Positions 52,487 to 64,000 of a stretch of 64,000 nt of DNA are shown piece by piece. A model generated the notes under the pieces. It was given only the letters and a program-made list of their open reading frames with translations. It was not told where the DNA came from and made no database searches. Position 1 is the first letter of the stretch. Every line of letters starts with the position of its first letter. The stretch covers positions 29,762,001 to 29,826,000 of the forward strand of contig NC_087245.1 in the NCBI RefSeq assembly GCF_037042905.1. Direction: 5' to 3'. This DNA comes from Lytechinus pictus (lineage: Eukaryota). The position numbers and the translations under genes were made by a program.

Positions 52487-55400
52487 TCACATTTCTCCAG
52501 GCAAAATATCAAAGTCACACACAATCCCGTAGTGGTCACTAGGGAACCGTCGACAGCCCGGCAGTCTGTCATTGCCGATCAGTGTGAAAGAACTTATGCT
52601 CAAGTTCGTACAGTGCCCCGCTGCGGGTCGTAGGTAGAGGCGATCAAAGCGGATTTTGGGTTTGTAACGTCCCGATTCCCAATCCAGATTGTCATTGGTG
52701 GTGGTGTCCCAGGTGAACTTTGTCTTAGGATCAGCTCCGCAGGCTTCCCATAAGTCTATGATTCCTTTAGGCACTCCACCCATGCTGGCAATCTATAACG
52801 AAGAAAGAACAAATATAATTAACAAGTCTCTACCAAAAAGTTTGATCATATCAATGAAAGTTTTAGCTTTTGCCAAATTCTACCTCCACATCCAGGTAAG
52901 TCTTTAAATATCCGTTTGGAAGCAAAATGGAAGTTGAAAATATGAATCCATAAGAGATTTCGAGGCGAAAAGACAAGTTTTAGAATGTCTGTGATTAGAT
53001 TTGATGACATATCCACTTGCTCTACAGGAGTGTTCAATATCACAACTCAGAGGACTTAACCCATTTGGTCTAATTGCCACTTAGTCTAACTGTTGTATGG
53101 TCTAATACTTACTTGGGCTGTCATATCCGAGATATATAGTCTAATTTGCACTTTGTCAAATAACAATTCGGTTGATAAACAGTTCATCCAATCAGGTAGA
53201 CCAAGTGGTATTAGACCAAGTGGGTTATGGCTAAAATGGGTATAGCTCTCCACAAGGTTCCTCCGATTGGCATGATGACATGAGGAAACATTATTTTTTC
53301 ACAATCAACAAATTTTACCTGTTTTCAGTAAGGTTTCACTTGTTGATCTTCAAACCTTACTTTGACCTTAATCCTCATTCTGAACCAAAAACCCTATCGC
53401 AATCATTACCTTGACATTATATTTTAAGAGGGACAAGCAGAGGAGCAATTGTTGCCAGAACAATTGTTGCAGGAGCAAGTGTCTCATTACCATGGAAAAA
53501 AGACCAAATAAAATGAAAAGAAAAACAAATTTTCAAACCTCTTTATCTCTGAGATTAGTATCCCCTCCAAAGATGACTGCTCTGTCGGGGTCCTTGATCT
53601 GCATCTCTCCTAAAGCCTGCTGGAACTGTGCCAGACGCTCAGCCTGTGCTGGGGCAGTGCTCTCAAGATGTGTGTTCAGGAGTGATATGTATATGTTCTT
53701 GTAACACGCCTGAAAGGAAATAAATGATCAATTACAATGCACAATCAATAAATCAATCTATCACTCATTATATCACATCTCATTTCTCCTGCAGATTTTC
53801 CACCCCATATTCCAGCTATTGACTATTTATCCGTGCAGTTTCAACTTTAGAGCTTCACATGTATGCGTTGAGGAACAGAGGTTTCAAATCTTTCCCCCAC
53901 CAACTTGTCCCACAGATCCTTAAACCTTTTCACTGATTTGGCTTCCACTATTCAAGCTGGCAGCCAGTTCTAGTCCGATATTCTCCAAAGTTCTTGTCTA
54001 GATTTAATTGTTTGGTGGAAAATTTTAACTTGTGTCCTCTTATTGATTAATTGATTGCAGGTGTCAAGATTGAAGAATAAATTAGCAAATTATTCGATCA
54101 GTAAATAGACCCTGGTCACCATCATGAACAGTTCATCAGTTCATGTTATGGCATCCTCAGTAAAAGACAAATTAGACTCCAACAAAGACACAGACAACCT
54201 GACCCATGTCTTATAATAATGTGCTTCATAGCTTGCTCATTAGACAGCAGGCACTGTGGCAATGACCATAACGATGTTCTGACATTTCACCTATCAAATT
54301 AGATAATGACAGTCTCAATCCTATAGTGACTGCTACAGTAAATGCTGATGAGAAAAATGAAATATTCTAGGATATTCTAGACTGAGGCACTATACTCATG
54401 AACCAAATTTTCATCTTCAAAGGCAATCATCAGGCATGCCATTCTTACCGCAAGCAGTGCATCCTTGGTAAACTGCCATCAGAGATTTGCGTCCATTTAT
54501 TAAAGAATCTCCATGTTACATCTTTGTCAGACTTACATTGACCATCAGTAGGTTTCTACCCATCTGGGAGTTCACAAAAGGTTGGACCAAGCTCTTGGTG
54601 ATGCGGCACTCCGTTGATTTCTTCACTAGCGTACAGGTGAAGTAACTAACTTGGTTGCCTTCATAGATCGAATACTTGGAAGACAGTCTTGCCTTGAGGA
54701 TTATGTTAGTCGAAGGAACCACCTCTTGGAGGAAGACTACATCTGGAGCTAACCTGAAGATAGAATAATGAACACAATAACCATCCTTAATTGCTTCAAT
54801 CAAAGATATTTTACTCTTATTTTATAATACTCCTACATCTGAAGCCCAAAGGGATATGCCATCTGCTAATGTATGTGTAAGAAACAATAATATGATTATC
54901 TAAATCTGAATCTTAGGCACTGGAAAGGTAGGGGGGGGGGGTAGAAAGATCTGAATATAGAATGCAAAAGTAGCAAATTGAATATGTTTTAGAGACATAT
55001 TCCATTTGTTTTCACAAGAGAGGATTATTATCTGCTGACCCCCAAATTACAAAAATAACTCAGAATAACTGTAACATCTAGCCAGCAATTCACTGTCCCA
55101 GCAAGGCGTACTCCATCTCAGCCTCAGGCACTTTCAGCCTGCTAGCGTCTCTTAGACTAAGACTATAATTTATGAGCAAATGTGAAAATAAAGTATGTTT
55201 ACTTTTGTAAAAAAAAACTTTTTTCACCATGGGTTAATAAATAAAGAGTATCAAAATGTGATCACAGCTAACAATAATATAAACCAAATGCTTCAGTCTC
55301 TGTACCATAGATTGTTCTGCTGAATTATGTTATGGTTACACTTACCTACATAAACCCCAAGAAGAGACCTCTATTTCTGTCAAACAATAATTGCTTTAAA

Positions 55401-55705
55401 TTTGACCAATAGAGAATTGATGAATCGTTAAATAGGAATTCTGTGGAAAAAACAGCAGTTTATGCCTATAGATACTGTACAATCATTTCTGCAACATGAG
55501 CCCCAAATGTAAGCCTACTTGTAGTCAAGTGCCTCCTTTCCCCCTGGTATTGTCATTTGATACAAAGTCCTTACTTCATTATGGTATCACAAGCTGCCAT
55601 CGTTCTCTCCTCGATGTTCCTCTCATCCAGTCCGTCAATGTTCCATGACATCAAACGAAAGATATTTAAATTCTCACTAGCCATTCCTGTCTGCGATGAT
55701 GCCAT
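52487..55705 (-). CDS. TDP2: Tyrosyl-DNA phosphodiesterase 2 catalytic (EEP) region, 274 aa from ATG 55705. Exons: 55728/55705-55575, 54753-54537, 53709-53539, 52792-52487
   Basis: Motifs SWNIDGLD, FLQEV, MGRNLL, THLES, FGGDTNLRD, FTWDT, RFDR and PSDH occur in order across four GT-AG exons with consistent phases (2,0,0). The true start may lie upstream (see findings). Confidence 0.93.
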
Positions 55706-57099
55706 CTTGCACAATCCGAGGCTGGACACTGAGAAAGAAAAGTAGATCTATTAAATAACACTGATAAGGTGATACAACGTTGTCAGAAAAAAGTTAAAAT
55801 GATCAGGAGAAAGAAAAACAGGAAAGCCACACCACTGTAGGCCTTCCCTAGCCTTGCCTTTGTCCATGAGATGGTATGCTGGCCTCATCTTAAAAAATAC
55901 CAGGGCTATGATAAAGAGCATAACTTATCATAATAAAGAATTATACATAAAATTTAGAATACACTTCACACAACATTTTCAATGTGCAAGAAAATGAGAG
56001 GAATAATGCGAAGAGGAAGTAATAATAATTCAATTCAATTTTCAATTCAATTCTGGTTTTATTGTGAAAATGGTACATGACAAAAGTCCGAAGACTCATA
56101 TTATCATATTTACAAAGTAAAAATGTACATGTATATTATTAAAAGATTACATTATATCACAATTCTAGTGCTAGACAAATAGTCAACAAATAAAGCCAGA
56201 AAAAATCATTTTGGACAATCTCAAAAAAGATCAAAATCGATTGAAATAACATTGTAAAACTATCATTTTCAAAATTAAATCAGCAAAGTTGCGAAACATT
56301 TACACTCAAAATATCATGATTAAAAGTCCAGCATATTTAAAACTAGAAAAATATGTATATAAAAAAAAATTTTAATAGCAAGACAAATCAAATAATATGT
56401 AAGTCCTATAAAAATATAAACCAGATCAATGTTGTGAATAATTGTAATTTATTATTACATTTACAAAGACATTAAGAAAAAGGAATATGAATGGCAAAAA
56501 TATCATTGTTGCAGCAATTTGTTTTCATCAAATCTTCACCAATCAAAATCTCTAATTTTGCTGGTTTTATTATAAAAAAAAAAAATTAAAAAAAACTTTT
56601 TAAATTGTCATAGGGTGAACTTCCCCTGGCTTTGAGCTGAGTGTGGATAAGCTCCGGGGACCAACAATCCAGCCTGGATGAGTGCAATTTTAATTGGCAT
56701 GCAATTAACGTGCTCATTTCATTGAACTGTAAGTGTTGAACTGTTCGTATATACATACCAAGCAATGTGTGTGGCTAAATGGGCTATTTTGCAATTTTGT
56801 AGTAAAGACACCCATATGTGGTGCACACGGGCTGGCTGTATTATTTGTACACTGCCTTTTAGAGTTTTAGACCCTATGACAAAATCATTTAAACATTTTG
56901 TAAGGGTGAACTTCCCTCCAAGAAAGGTGCACTGGTCCCAGGCTAGGCATAGCGCATCTCGAACAGTCTCCCTATCAATATCCTTTGATGTTCTTCAATA
57001 CGAGTATTAAAAAATTAGCTAAAAATTATGAAAACATATTTATTTTCTCAATAACATCCTACAGCAAGACCTTCAATATCTAATAGTGACTGGGAGAAC

Positions 57100-57660
57100 A
57101 GCTGGGACATGATGTTCGACCCTACTAAGTGCTCATCACTGTCTCTCACCAGGAGCAGACAGCCTCGATCTTGACCCATCTTTCCACCTGCATGGTCACA
57201 TGCTGGAAAAGGTGACTGCTGCAAAGTACCTTTGTGTCACTATCCAACAAAACATGGGCTGGGACAGTCATATCAGTGGGATCTGCAGTAAAGCCAGCAA
57301 AACCCTTAGCTTCCTTTGAAGAAATCTAAAAATAAGCTCTACAACAGATCAAGGAGAGAGCTAATAAAGCCTTTTTGTGAGACCTGTGCTTGAGTAAGCC
57401 TCCTTCGTTTGGGATCCTCCTACAAAGAAACAAATTGATAAGCTGGAGTCTGTAGAGAGATGTGCTGCACGTTTTGTTATCAACAGGTACCACAAAACTA
57501 ACTAGTGAGATGATCATGACCCTTGCCTTGGCTGGTAGACTCTTCAGCAGCGAAGAAAGATCACACGTCTCTCTATGCTCTTCAAAATAACCTACAACCT
57601 TGCATATTGCCCAATAATTAACAAAAAACTTGTCCCACTACCAACTCGCATACAATTCAT
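57100..57660 (+). mobile_element. Degraded LINE RT C-terminal fragment
   Basis: Reads AKYLCVTIQQNMGWDSHISGICSKASKTLSFL*RNLK...VRPVLE*ASFVWDP with stops and frameshifts. Confidence 0.7.
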
Positions 57661-57979
57661 CGTTCTCACTTAACATTATAATACAAGATGTATGTATGTT
57701 TTTTGTAAGCGCTTGGAGAGCTGAGAGAATTTACTTTTCATATTATTAAACTAAAAGTTTTGACTTTGTCTTTGAGTACTGGATTTTACTAACCCAGGGA
57801 GCGGGCCATGCAGGGCCCAGGACTCGTCCGTGTAATACTAGGCAGACATGGGTACTCTCCAAAATGGGGTAGAATGGCCAATGGGGTCGCAATAGCACTC
57901 CAAATTAAAGGGGTAAAAATAAATTATGCACTCACCTCGATTATGGTCTTATGGATGAAGGTCTATTGACTATTGTATT

Positions 57980-58650
57980 CCCAGGTCAAAAAACCAGTTA
58001 AGGACCAGTTCATCCAACTGGTACTGGTACCAGTTGATTCCAGTTAGCGAACTGGATTCAATATGGAAATTGGAATACTGGAATCAACTGGATTCCAGTT
58101 GATTCCAATACTGGAATCAACTGGAATCAACTGGAATCCAGTTGACAAATTGTAACTGGTACCAGTTGGAAATACCAGTTGGCAACTGGTCCTAACTGGT
58201 ACCAGTTAGCAACTGGTACCAGTTGACAACTGGTCCTAACTGGTACCAGTTAGGACCAGTTGGAAACATGAGTTGTCAACTGGTGCCAGTTGAAACCAGT
58301 TGGAAACACCAATTGTAAACTGGTGCCAGTTAGGACCAGTTGGAAACATGAGTTGTCAACTGGTGCCAGTTAAAACCAGTTGGAAACACAAATTGTCAAC
58401 TGGTGCCAGTTAGGACCAGTTGGAAACATGAGGTGTCAACTGGTGCCAGTTAAAACCAGTTGGAAACACCAATTGTCAACTGGTGCCAGTTAGGACCAGT
58501 TGGAAACATGAGTTGTCAACTGGTGCCAGTTAAAACCAGTTGGAAACACCAGTTGTCAACTGGTGCCAGTTAGAACAAGTTGGAAGCACCAGTTAGGACC
58601 AGTTGGAAACATAAATTGTCAAGTGGTACCAGTTAGAAACACCCTGCAAT
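57980..58650. repeat. aactgg/ccagtt-based repeat element containing a 40-bp tandem array organised as 80-bp dimers
   Basis: tggaaacatg at 58261, 58341, 58421, 58501 alternates with tggaaacac at 58301, 58381, 58461, 58541. Confidence 0.85.
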
Positions 58651-59340
58651 GTATAGCATAAACAAAAATGAATCATGTGGATATGTACATTCCCGATCTT
58701 TTACTCTTCTCATATAATCACTCCTTCGTTTTCCTTGCGCACACACACATTAGAATATTGGTACCAACATCCCCCCCCCCCCCTCTCAGGCGGTTATTTC
58801 AATTATAAATTATCTTCAATTATCTTTACATTGAATGTCCACTCCTGTTATAACAATGTGCATGGACAAGTGAAATAATTATCCTTGCACATAGGACTGA
58901 TGAAATGAATCAAGGTAAATTTGTAGCATTGTATTGAAACCTTGTTAATTTCCACATGCACAATATAACAGGATTGGACTGTAAACTTGCTCTGGTAAAT
59001 CAATCCCTCAGTCTCTTGAAATCTGTACCAAAAAACATCAGAGAATGACAAAAGTCACAAAAAACATCTATATGGTATTTAAACTAGGAATTTAATGAAA
59101 GAAAATTATGTTACAAACTGTAACATGCTGTGTATAATTCTTGTTTTATGTGTCAACAAAGATCATTAACTTACACAGTAAATATGTAGTCAATCCAATT
59201 TTTACATGCTAGCTTGGAGACAAAATTCGAATATAATGCATCTAAGCATTTACCTTCAATAAATAATATGTACTATTTTTAAAGGAATGATAAAGGAGTC
59301 TTTTTTTAATTATTATTTATTGAGATCTTGGGGCCCTCAC

Positions 59341-59420
59341 TGGCTCTGAAGAGGAAACGTGAAACAGGTACCTTCCTTTCTTGTAGTGGCACTTGATCTT
59401 TGCTGGTAGATGCGATGTAT
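59341..59420 (-). CDS. TDP2: Candidate TDP2 alternative 80-nt exon C (YIASTSKDQVPLQERKVPVSRFLFRA)
   Basis: Strong acceptor (tttttttttctaatcttcag) and donor gtgagg. The terminal A joins TG of the next exon (55728) in frame with the EEP domain. Confidence 0.55.
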
Positions 59421-60008
59421 CTGAAGATTAGAAAAAAAAACCAATGGAATGAAAAATAATAAGTACAGTGAATACCGTAATACAAAATTTCAGTGGTGTA
59501 AAATTATATCTGCACATAAAGAAAATACATGGGATAGTGAAACTTCTCGTAAGTTCCATATTTCAATGATTCAATTATAAATGATAGACAGCACATCATC
59601 ATTTTTATTACAACATGTATAGTAAGTTCACATGGTCTTGGGAATACTTCTGAAATTGACATCGCAGAGATGAAATTGCCTCGACCTTATACCTATACAT
59701 TTATTTTAATAATAAAGACTTAGACTATGTATGTTTGCATATATGTATCTAGGAGTCTATGTTGCACATTATCTGCTAACATCTGATGGGTATTTCATGA
59801 TTGTCAGTGCCGACTATTTCAGTGAAATCATTGCTTTTGATTGGCTGAGAAGCACTGGCCTCTGACTGTTACTATGGTAACTGTCGGAAAAAGACAACTT
59901 GTTAATGCTGACAACTTTCAAAAAGCAGTTCCCAGAACATGTTTAAAAACGCAAGACAAAGCAAAAAAAAAAAAAAAAATGAAATACTAAATTTTATCCG
60001 AGGATTAA

Positions 60009-60594
60009 AGGGATGGTCCGGGCCGAAAATATTTACATCTAAATAATACTTGAGTAAAATTCACAGAGCAAAATGATGAAAATTTCATCAAAATAGGATA
60101 ACAAGAAGTTATTGAATTTTAAAGTTTATCAATATTTTGTGAAAACAGTTGTATGCACTTCGTCATGAATATTCATTAGGTGGGCTGATGTCACATCTCC
60201 ACTTTCCTTTTTTTATGTTATTAGATGAAATCATAAATGTTTGATTTTTTCATACATGTGTAAATGATGCGTCTCCATTGTAATGAAATAAGTTGCGTCA
60301 ATAACTAATGCACCTAATCAGTTGTCAATCCAATTGTCAATAGTTCTTGGTTAAAAATATCTTAATAAACCTAATCTCATATAATAAAATACAAAAGGGC
60401 AATTGGGATATGACATCATCAGCCAACCTAATGAATATTCATAAAGACATGCCTAGAACTATTTCACCGGAATAATGCAAATCTTTAAAATTCAAAACCT
60501 TAATTAGTTATCAAATTTTGATCAAGTTTTCAGCATTTTGCTCTGTGAATTTTACTCTATTTATTGAGATATGTTTCCAGCCTGGACCATCCCT
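60009..60594. mobile_element. TTAA-flanked non-autonomous DNA transposon (Kolobok-like)
   Basis: ttaa|AGGGATGGTCC...GGACCATCCCT|ttaa with long inverted arms. Confidence 0.85.
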
Positions 60595-61119
60595 TTAATT
60601 CTACTTCTACGGTACCCCCACACATACTGGTAAGTCAGAGGTAAAAAACAATGAGAACCAATTTAATTTCAAAGATAAAAAAATACTTCAGCCTCCAGAT
60701 TTAAGAAAAAATTCAGGAAATGTTATTTTAGTTCAGACTAATTGTGCACGTTTCATTTCGGAGGTCAATCTGAAATTATACTTCCAGTTCCAAATTCACG
60801 CCATTTGGTTATGCAAAAGCATGAATTAAAATTGATGGGCATGGGCCCATGTCACTGGCTAGCCTAGAGGACTCCATGAAGATAATTTTATCATTTTACA
60901 TCCTATAAGGTTGCTCGTACAACTGTGTAAACAAAGATAGATTTCCCTCGGAAATCCACCTTTCCCATAATGATTTTTGGGCAAACATTAAATTTTTACA
61001 TTTTGTAAGCCTTGATACTCTAAATGTGTACAAAGGCTTAAAAAAAAATTAATTGTAAAATGTACAAATTGGAAATTTTCTTACAAAAAGGATCACTTGC
61101 TTGCAGATCTTGTCCTCAC

Positions 61120-61199
61120 TGCCTCTGAAGAGTTCACGTGCGACAGGTACATTCCTTTCCTCTACTGGCACACATTCTTTGCTGGTAGATGCGATGTAT
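61120..61199 (-). CDS. TDP2: Candidate TDP2 alternative 80-nt exon B (YIASTSKECVPVEERNVPVARELFRG)
   Basis: Paralog of exon C with AG acceptor and gtgagg donor. Same length and phases, weaker pyrimidine tract. Confidence 0.4.
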
Positions 61200-61654
61200 C
61201 TGAAGAATTTTTTTCAAAAACAATGGAGAGAAAAATAATCAGTACAGTGAACAACAGCGAATAACAAATACGTATATATTACAGTGAATAGCAATACATG
61301 TCTACACCTAAGGCGGGCAAGGGTTACTACAGAGTGTTGTAAAATTCCATTTGCACTTTAAGAAAAATACATGGGATTGTGAATCAATTTTTACATTGTA
61401 TTTTCATCACGGAGCCTAGACAAGCCTCCTATAAGGTTGCTCGTACAACTGTGTAAACAAAGATAGATTTGATTTTTCCTCGGAAATCCACCTTTCCCAT
61501 AATGATTTTTGGGCAAACATTTAATTTTTACATTTTGTAAGCCTTGATACTCTAAATGTGTACAAAGGCTTTAAAAAAAATTAATTGTGAAATGTACAAA
61601 TTGGAAATTTTCTTACAAAAAGGATCACTTGCTTGCAGATCTTGTTGTCCTCAC

Positions 61655-61734
61655 TGCCTCTGAAGAGTTCACGTGCGACAGGTACATTCCTTCCCTGTAC
61701 TGGCACACGTTCTTTGCTGGTAGATGCGATGTAT
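61655..61734 (-). CDS. TDP2: Candidate TDP2 alternative 80-nt exon A (YIASTSKERVPVQGRNVPVARELFRG)
   Basis: Near-identical to exon B, 535 bp away. AG and gtgagg sites are retained, with an A-run just before the acceptor. Confidence 0.4.
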
Positions 61735-62399
61735 CTGAATAGTTTTTTTTTAAACAATGGAGAGAAAAATAATCAGTACAGTGAACAGTGAATAAAAATA
61801 CGTCTATATTACAGTGAATAGCAATACATGTCTACACCTAAGGCGGGCAAGGGTTACTACAGAGTGTTGTAAAATTCCATTTGCACATTAAGAAAAATAC
61901 ATGGGATTGTGAATCAATGATTCAACTATAATGATAAACAGCACATCATCATATTTATTAAAAAAATGAGTAAGTTCACTTGGTCTTGGGAATACTTCTG
62001 AAATCGATGTCGCAGAGATCAGTCCTTCATGTTTATAATTCCATGGAGCTCAATAAATGGCTCTCCTTATGCCTCCGAATTTGCTTTCCTAGACACACTC
62101 AATTTTATAAAATGCTCAATTGTTGTAGATTGTTATTAAAATTGTAAATGCAACAGCTGTGTAGCTATTAATTAATCTGTGGTGAAACTAGGCTTGGGTC
62201 ATGTACAAAAATATCGCGCTCCTCAAAAAAAAATTATAAGTAGGGTGTCCGAACTCATATTAGGCCTAAAAAAAGTGCTAGAATTTCATATTTTACATCT
62301 TTAAAACCATTAAATCACCATCTCTTTTCAATAATTCTCATAATAGAAGATACACAAAGACCCCAAAAGAAAACTTGACATCTGAATTACCTAACTTAC

Positions 62400-62577
62400 A
62401 GCCTCCTCATATGGAGGGCAGCAACGAAGTATTCGGATCTCCACTCCTGAGTCCTGGCGGTTCTGAGCTGGGCCTTCTTCTGGAAACTACCGCCCGGTAC
62501 CCCAGGTCATGTTCACTGACTTCATCTCCTCCTCGAGGCTCAGTATGACTCCAGGTGGTTTTGGGTCTCCCTCTCTC
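62400..62577 (-). mobile_element. RTE-like LINE 3'-end relic, probably exonized as TDP2 exon 2 (ATG at 62410)
   Basis: The frameshifted translation RGRPKTTW..EEEMKSVNMTWG..QKKAQ..EWRS.FVAALH resembles the RTE-clade ORF C-terminus. It is bounded by tttcag| and |gtaagt. Confidence 0.6.
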
Positions 62578-63140
62578 CTGAAATACACAGTCAAAAAGTG
62601 ATAAACAGCTATTCATGAAAAAATCAGACTCTTAAAATGGTGGAAAAAATAATGAATTTCGATTTTCGGCATTTCAAAATCTCATCAAAATCCTCAAATC
62701 GTGTGTAAAGTGATTGGTGCGCAGACACGAGGCGCTGGCCACTATCATAATGTTAAATCTGAAATTGAAAATCATAACTGGCCGAGTCTCAGATTTTTTC
62801 CAAGACCAAGAAAATCAGTTTCACATTCGATCACATATCTCTCTCATTTACTTATAACAATATATGGAACAATATCAACTGAAAGATTTTGTGAAATAAA
62901 AAGAAATTCATGTTAAATCTTAACACAAATCGTAAGGTCAATATGATGTATGTGCGCAGACTTGCACCGGCATGGCAGCCACACATCCACGCCCGGCTAG
63001 TCGCGGCCGGCAGGCAGCGCTGAGGGGCAGTAACAGGATGTCCTGACGAACTCTAACGTTACAGCTAGCCCCGCAGCTAGCTGCGAGCCGCGCCATTTAA
63101 CAAACTACGAAAAGAAAATCATAGAAAATTGTTAACTTAC

Positions 63141-63305
63141 CTGTAGAGCCTACTGCGAATGTCTTAGCTTTCAAGTCATTGTCCAAATCTGGTCCGTGTG
63201 ATTTCAGTGGTTGAATTATTATTAAAACGGCCTTCTTTACCCTTCTTTATCGCACTAGCACTCGATAAAAGTGCGGTGCAAATTAACGGCGCGGCGAAGA
63301 TGGCT
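63141..63305 (-). other. TDP2: Probable non-coding first exon of TDP2
   Basis: Perfect donor CAG|gtaagt at 63140, directly downstream of a motif-dense CpG-rich promoter. It contains only a minimal ATG-ACT-TGA uORF. Confidence 0.55.
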
Positions 63306-63425
63306 CTTTCAAATTCAAATTAGATTGGCGGTTTGCGTTTGGCGGCGCTGGTTAATTTGCATAATTATACGGACGATATCGATCAGTGGCACTCAGTGCG
63401 CATGCGCAGGCCCGCCCGCGCCCGG
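63296..63425 (-). promoter_or_regulatory. TDP2 promoter: YY1-like GCCATCTT, 2x CHR-like TTTGAA, CCAAT, E2F-like, octamer, NRF1/P3A2 palindrome, GC box
   Basis: On the + strand: ttcaaa 63308 and 63314, attgg 63324, tttggcggc 63338, atttgcat 63355, tgcgcatgcgca 63397-63408, gcccgccc about 63410. Confidence 0.65.
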
Positions 63426-64000
63426 TGATTGAAGGAAGATCTGCTGAGTCAGGAATAACGAAATACGAACTTCTTAACATACAAATTTCTTCTTGTTTGG
63501 TTTTGGTTGGCAACCAGTCAAGAAATGACGATTTTTGCCTCTGCTTTTGGAGCTTTTTTTTTTCTTTGAAAGTTTAAGAATGAATTAGCTTAATATTTGT
63601 TCTTTATTTCTATTTTATTTATTTTCTTTTTATTTGAAAGATAAAGATAGCCTTGCTTAACATGGCAAGGTTGTAAACTAGCAATAAATATGCGCGTTAT
63701 AAATAGAAAAAAATAGCTATTATATTCACCTTCAAAAATATTTTTAAAATATCAGTGAGTTAAAAAAAGAAAAATACATTAATTTTTATGTGATTTGTAA
63801 AAATAGTGTAAAATAGTCCTCTTTAACTTAAATTAGAAAAAAGGGATTAAATAGGAAGAAATTTTTTTCTCGCAACAAATATCTAGGATAACAATTTTTT
63901 TAATGTAAACTAGAAAATTTCACTGAGAATAACATGTTTCGATTTAAGTTATATGGTAATATCGAACCACATACTTTAATGAAACTTTTCAAGGTGGAAA

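Larger units (their letters stand above)
60902..61918. repeat. Near-identical direct duplication of about 490 bp (60902-61388 and about 61428-61918). Older partial paralog at about 59325-59670
   Basis: Both copies start cctataaggttgctcgtacaactg and end atgggattgtgaatcaat. Confidence 0.92.

Noticed and set aside
53441..53485. Short ggagcaattgttgcc 15-bp repeats
   Set aside because: Only about 3 decayed units. Probably a foldback-element remnant, too short to call.
57990..58640. CRISPR-like regular palindromic repeats
   Set aside because: No unique spacers, no cas genes, and a eukaryotic intron context.

Overview
AT-rich, intron-containing animal genomic DNA. The repeat inventory and poly-C/G runs suggest an echinoderm such as a sea urchin, which is an inference only. 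I rebuilt three spliced genes by hand from GT-AG junctions that keep frame. (1) USPL1, a SUMO isopeptidase: minus strand, 5 coding exons, about 923 aa. (2) Centromeric histone H3 variant CENP-A: plus strand, 4 exons, 165 aa, head-to-head with USPL1. (3) TDP2, a 5'-tyrosyl-DNA phosphodiesterase: minus strand, catalytic EEP domain intact, no visible UBA domain. The most unusual structure is the TDP2 5' end. An RTE-like LINE relic with splice sites supplies an in-frame ATG. It is followed by three paralogous 80-nt phase-2/phase-1 exons, and only one of them at a time keeps the frame into the catalytic domain. One copy sits in a segment inserted between the two halves of a short dispersed element and is flanked by an 8-bp direct repeat. 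The rest of the window is dense in non-autonomous transposons: hAT, TTAA/Kolobok-like, Helentron/DINE-like, a 1.47-kb foldback, a TU/MULE-like element with 15-bp arrays in a nested stack, tRNA-derived SINEs and LINE fragments. Gene models are from sequence only, with no transcript evidence. Comparisons to human proteins are from recall, not alignment.
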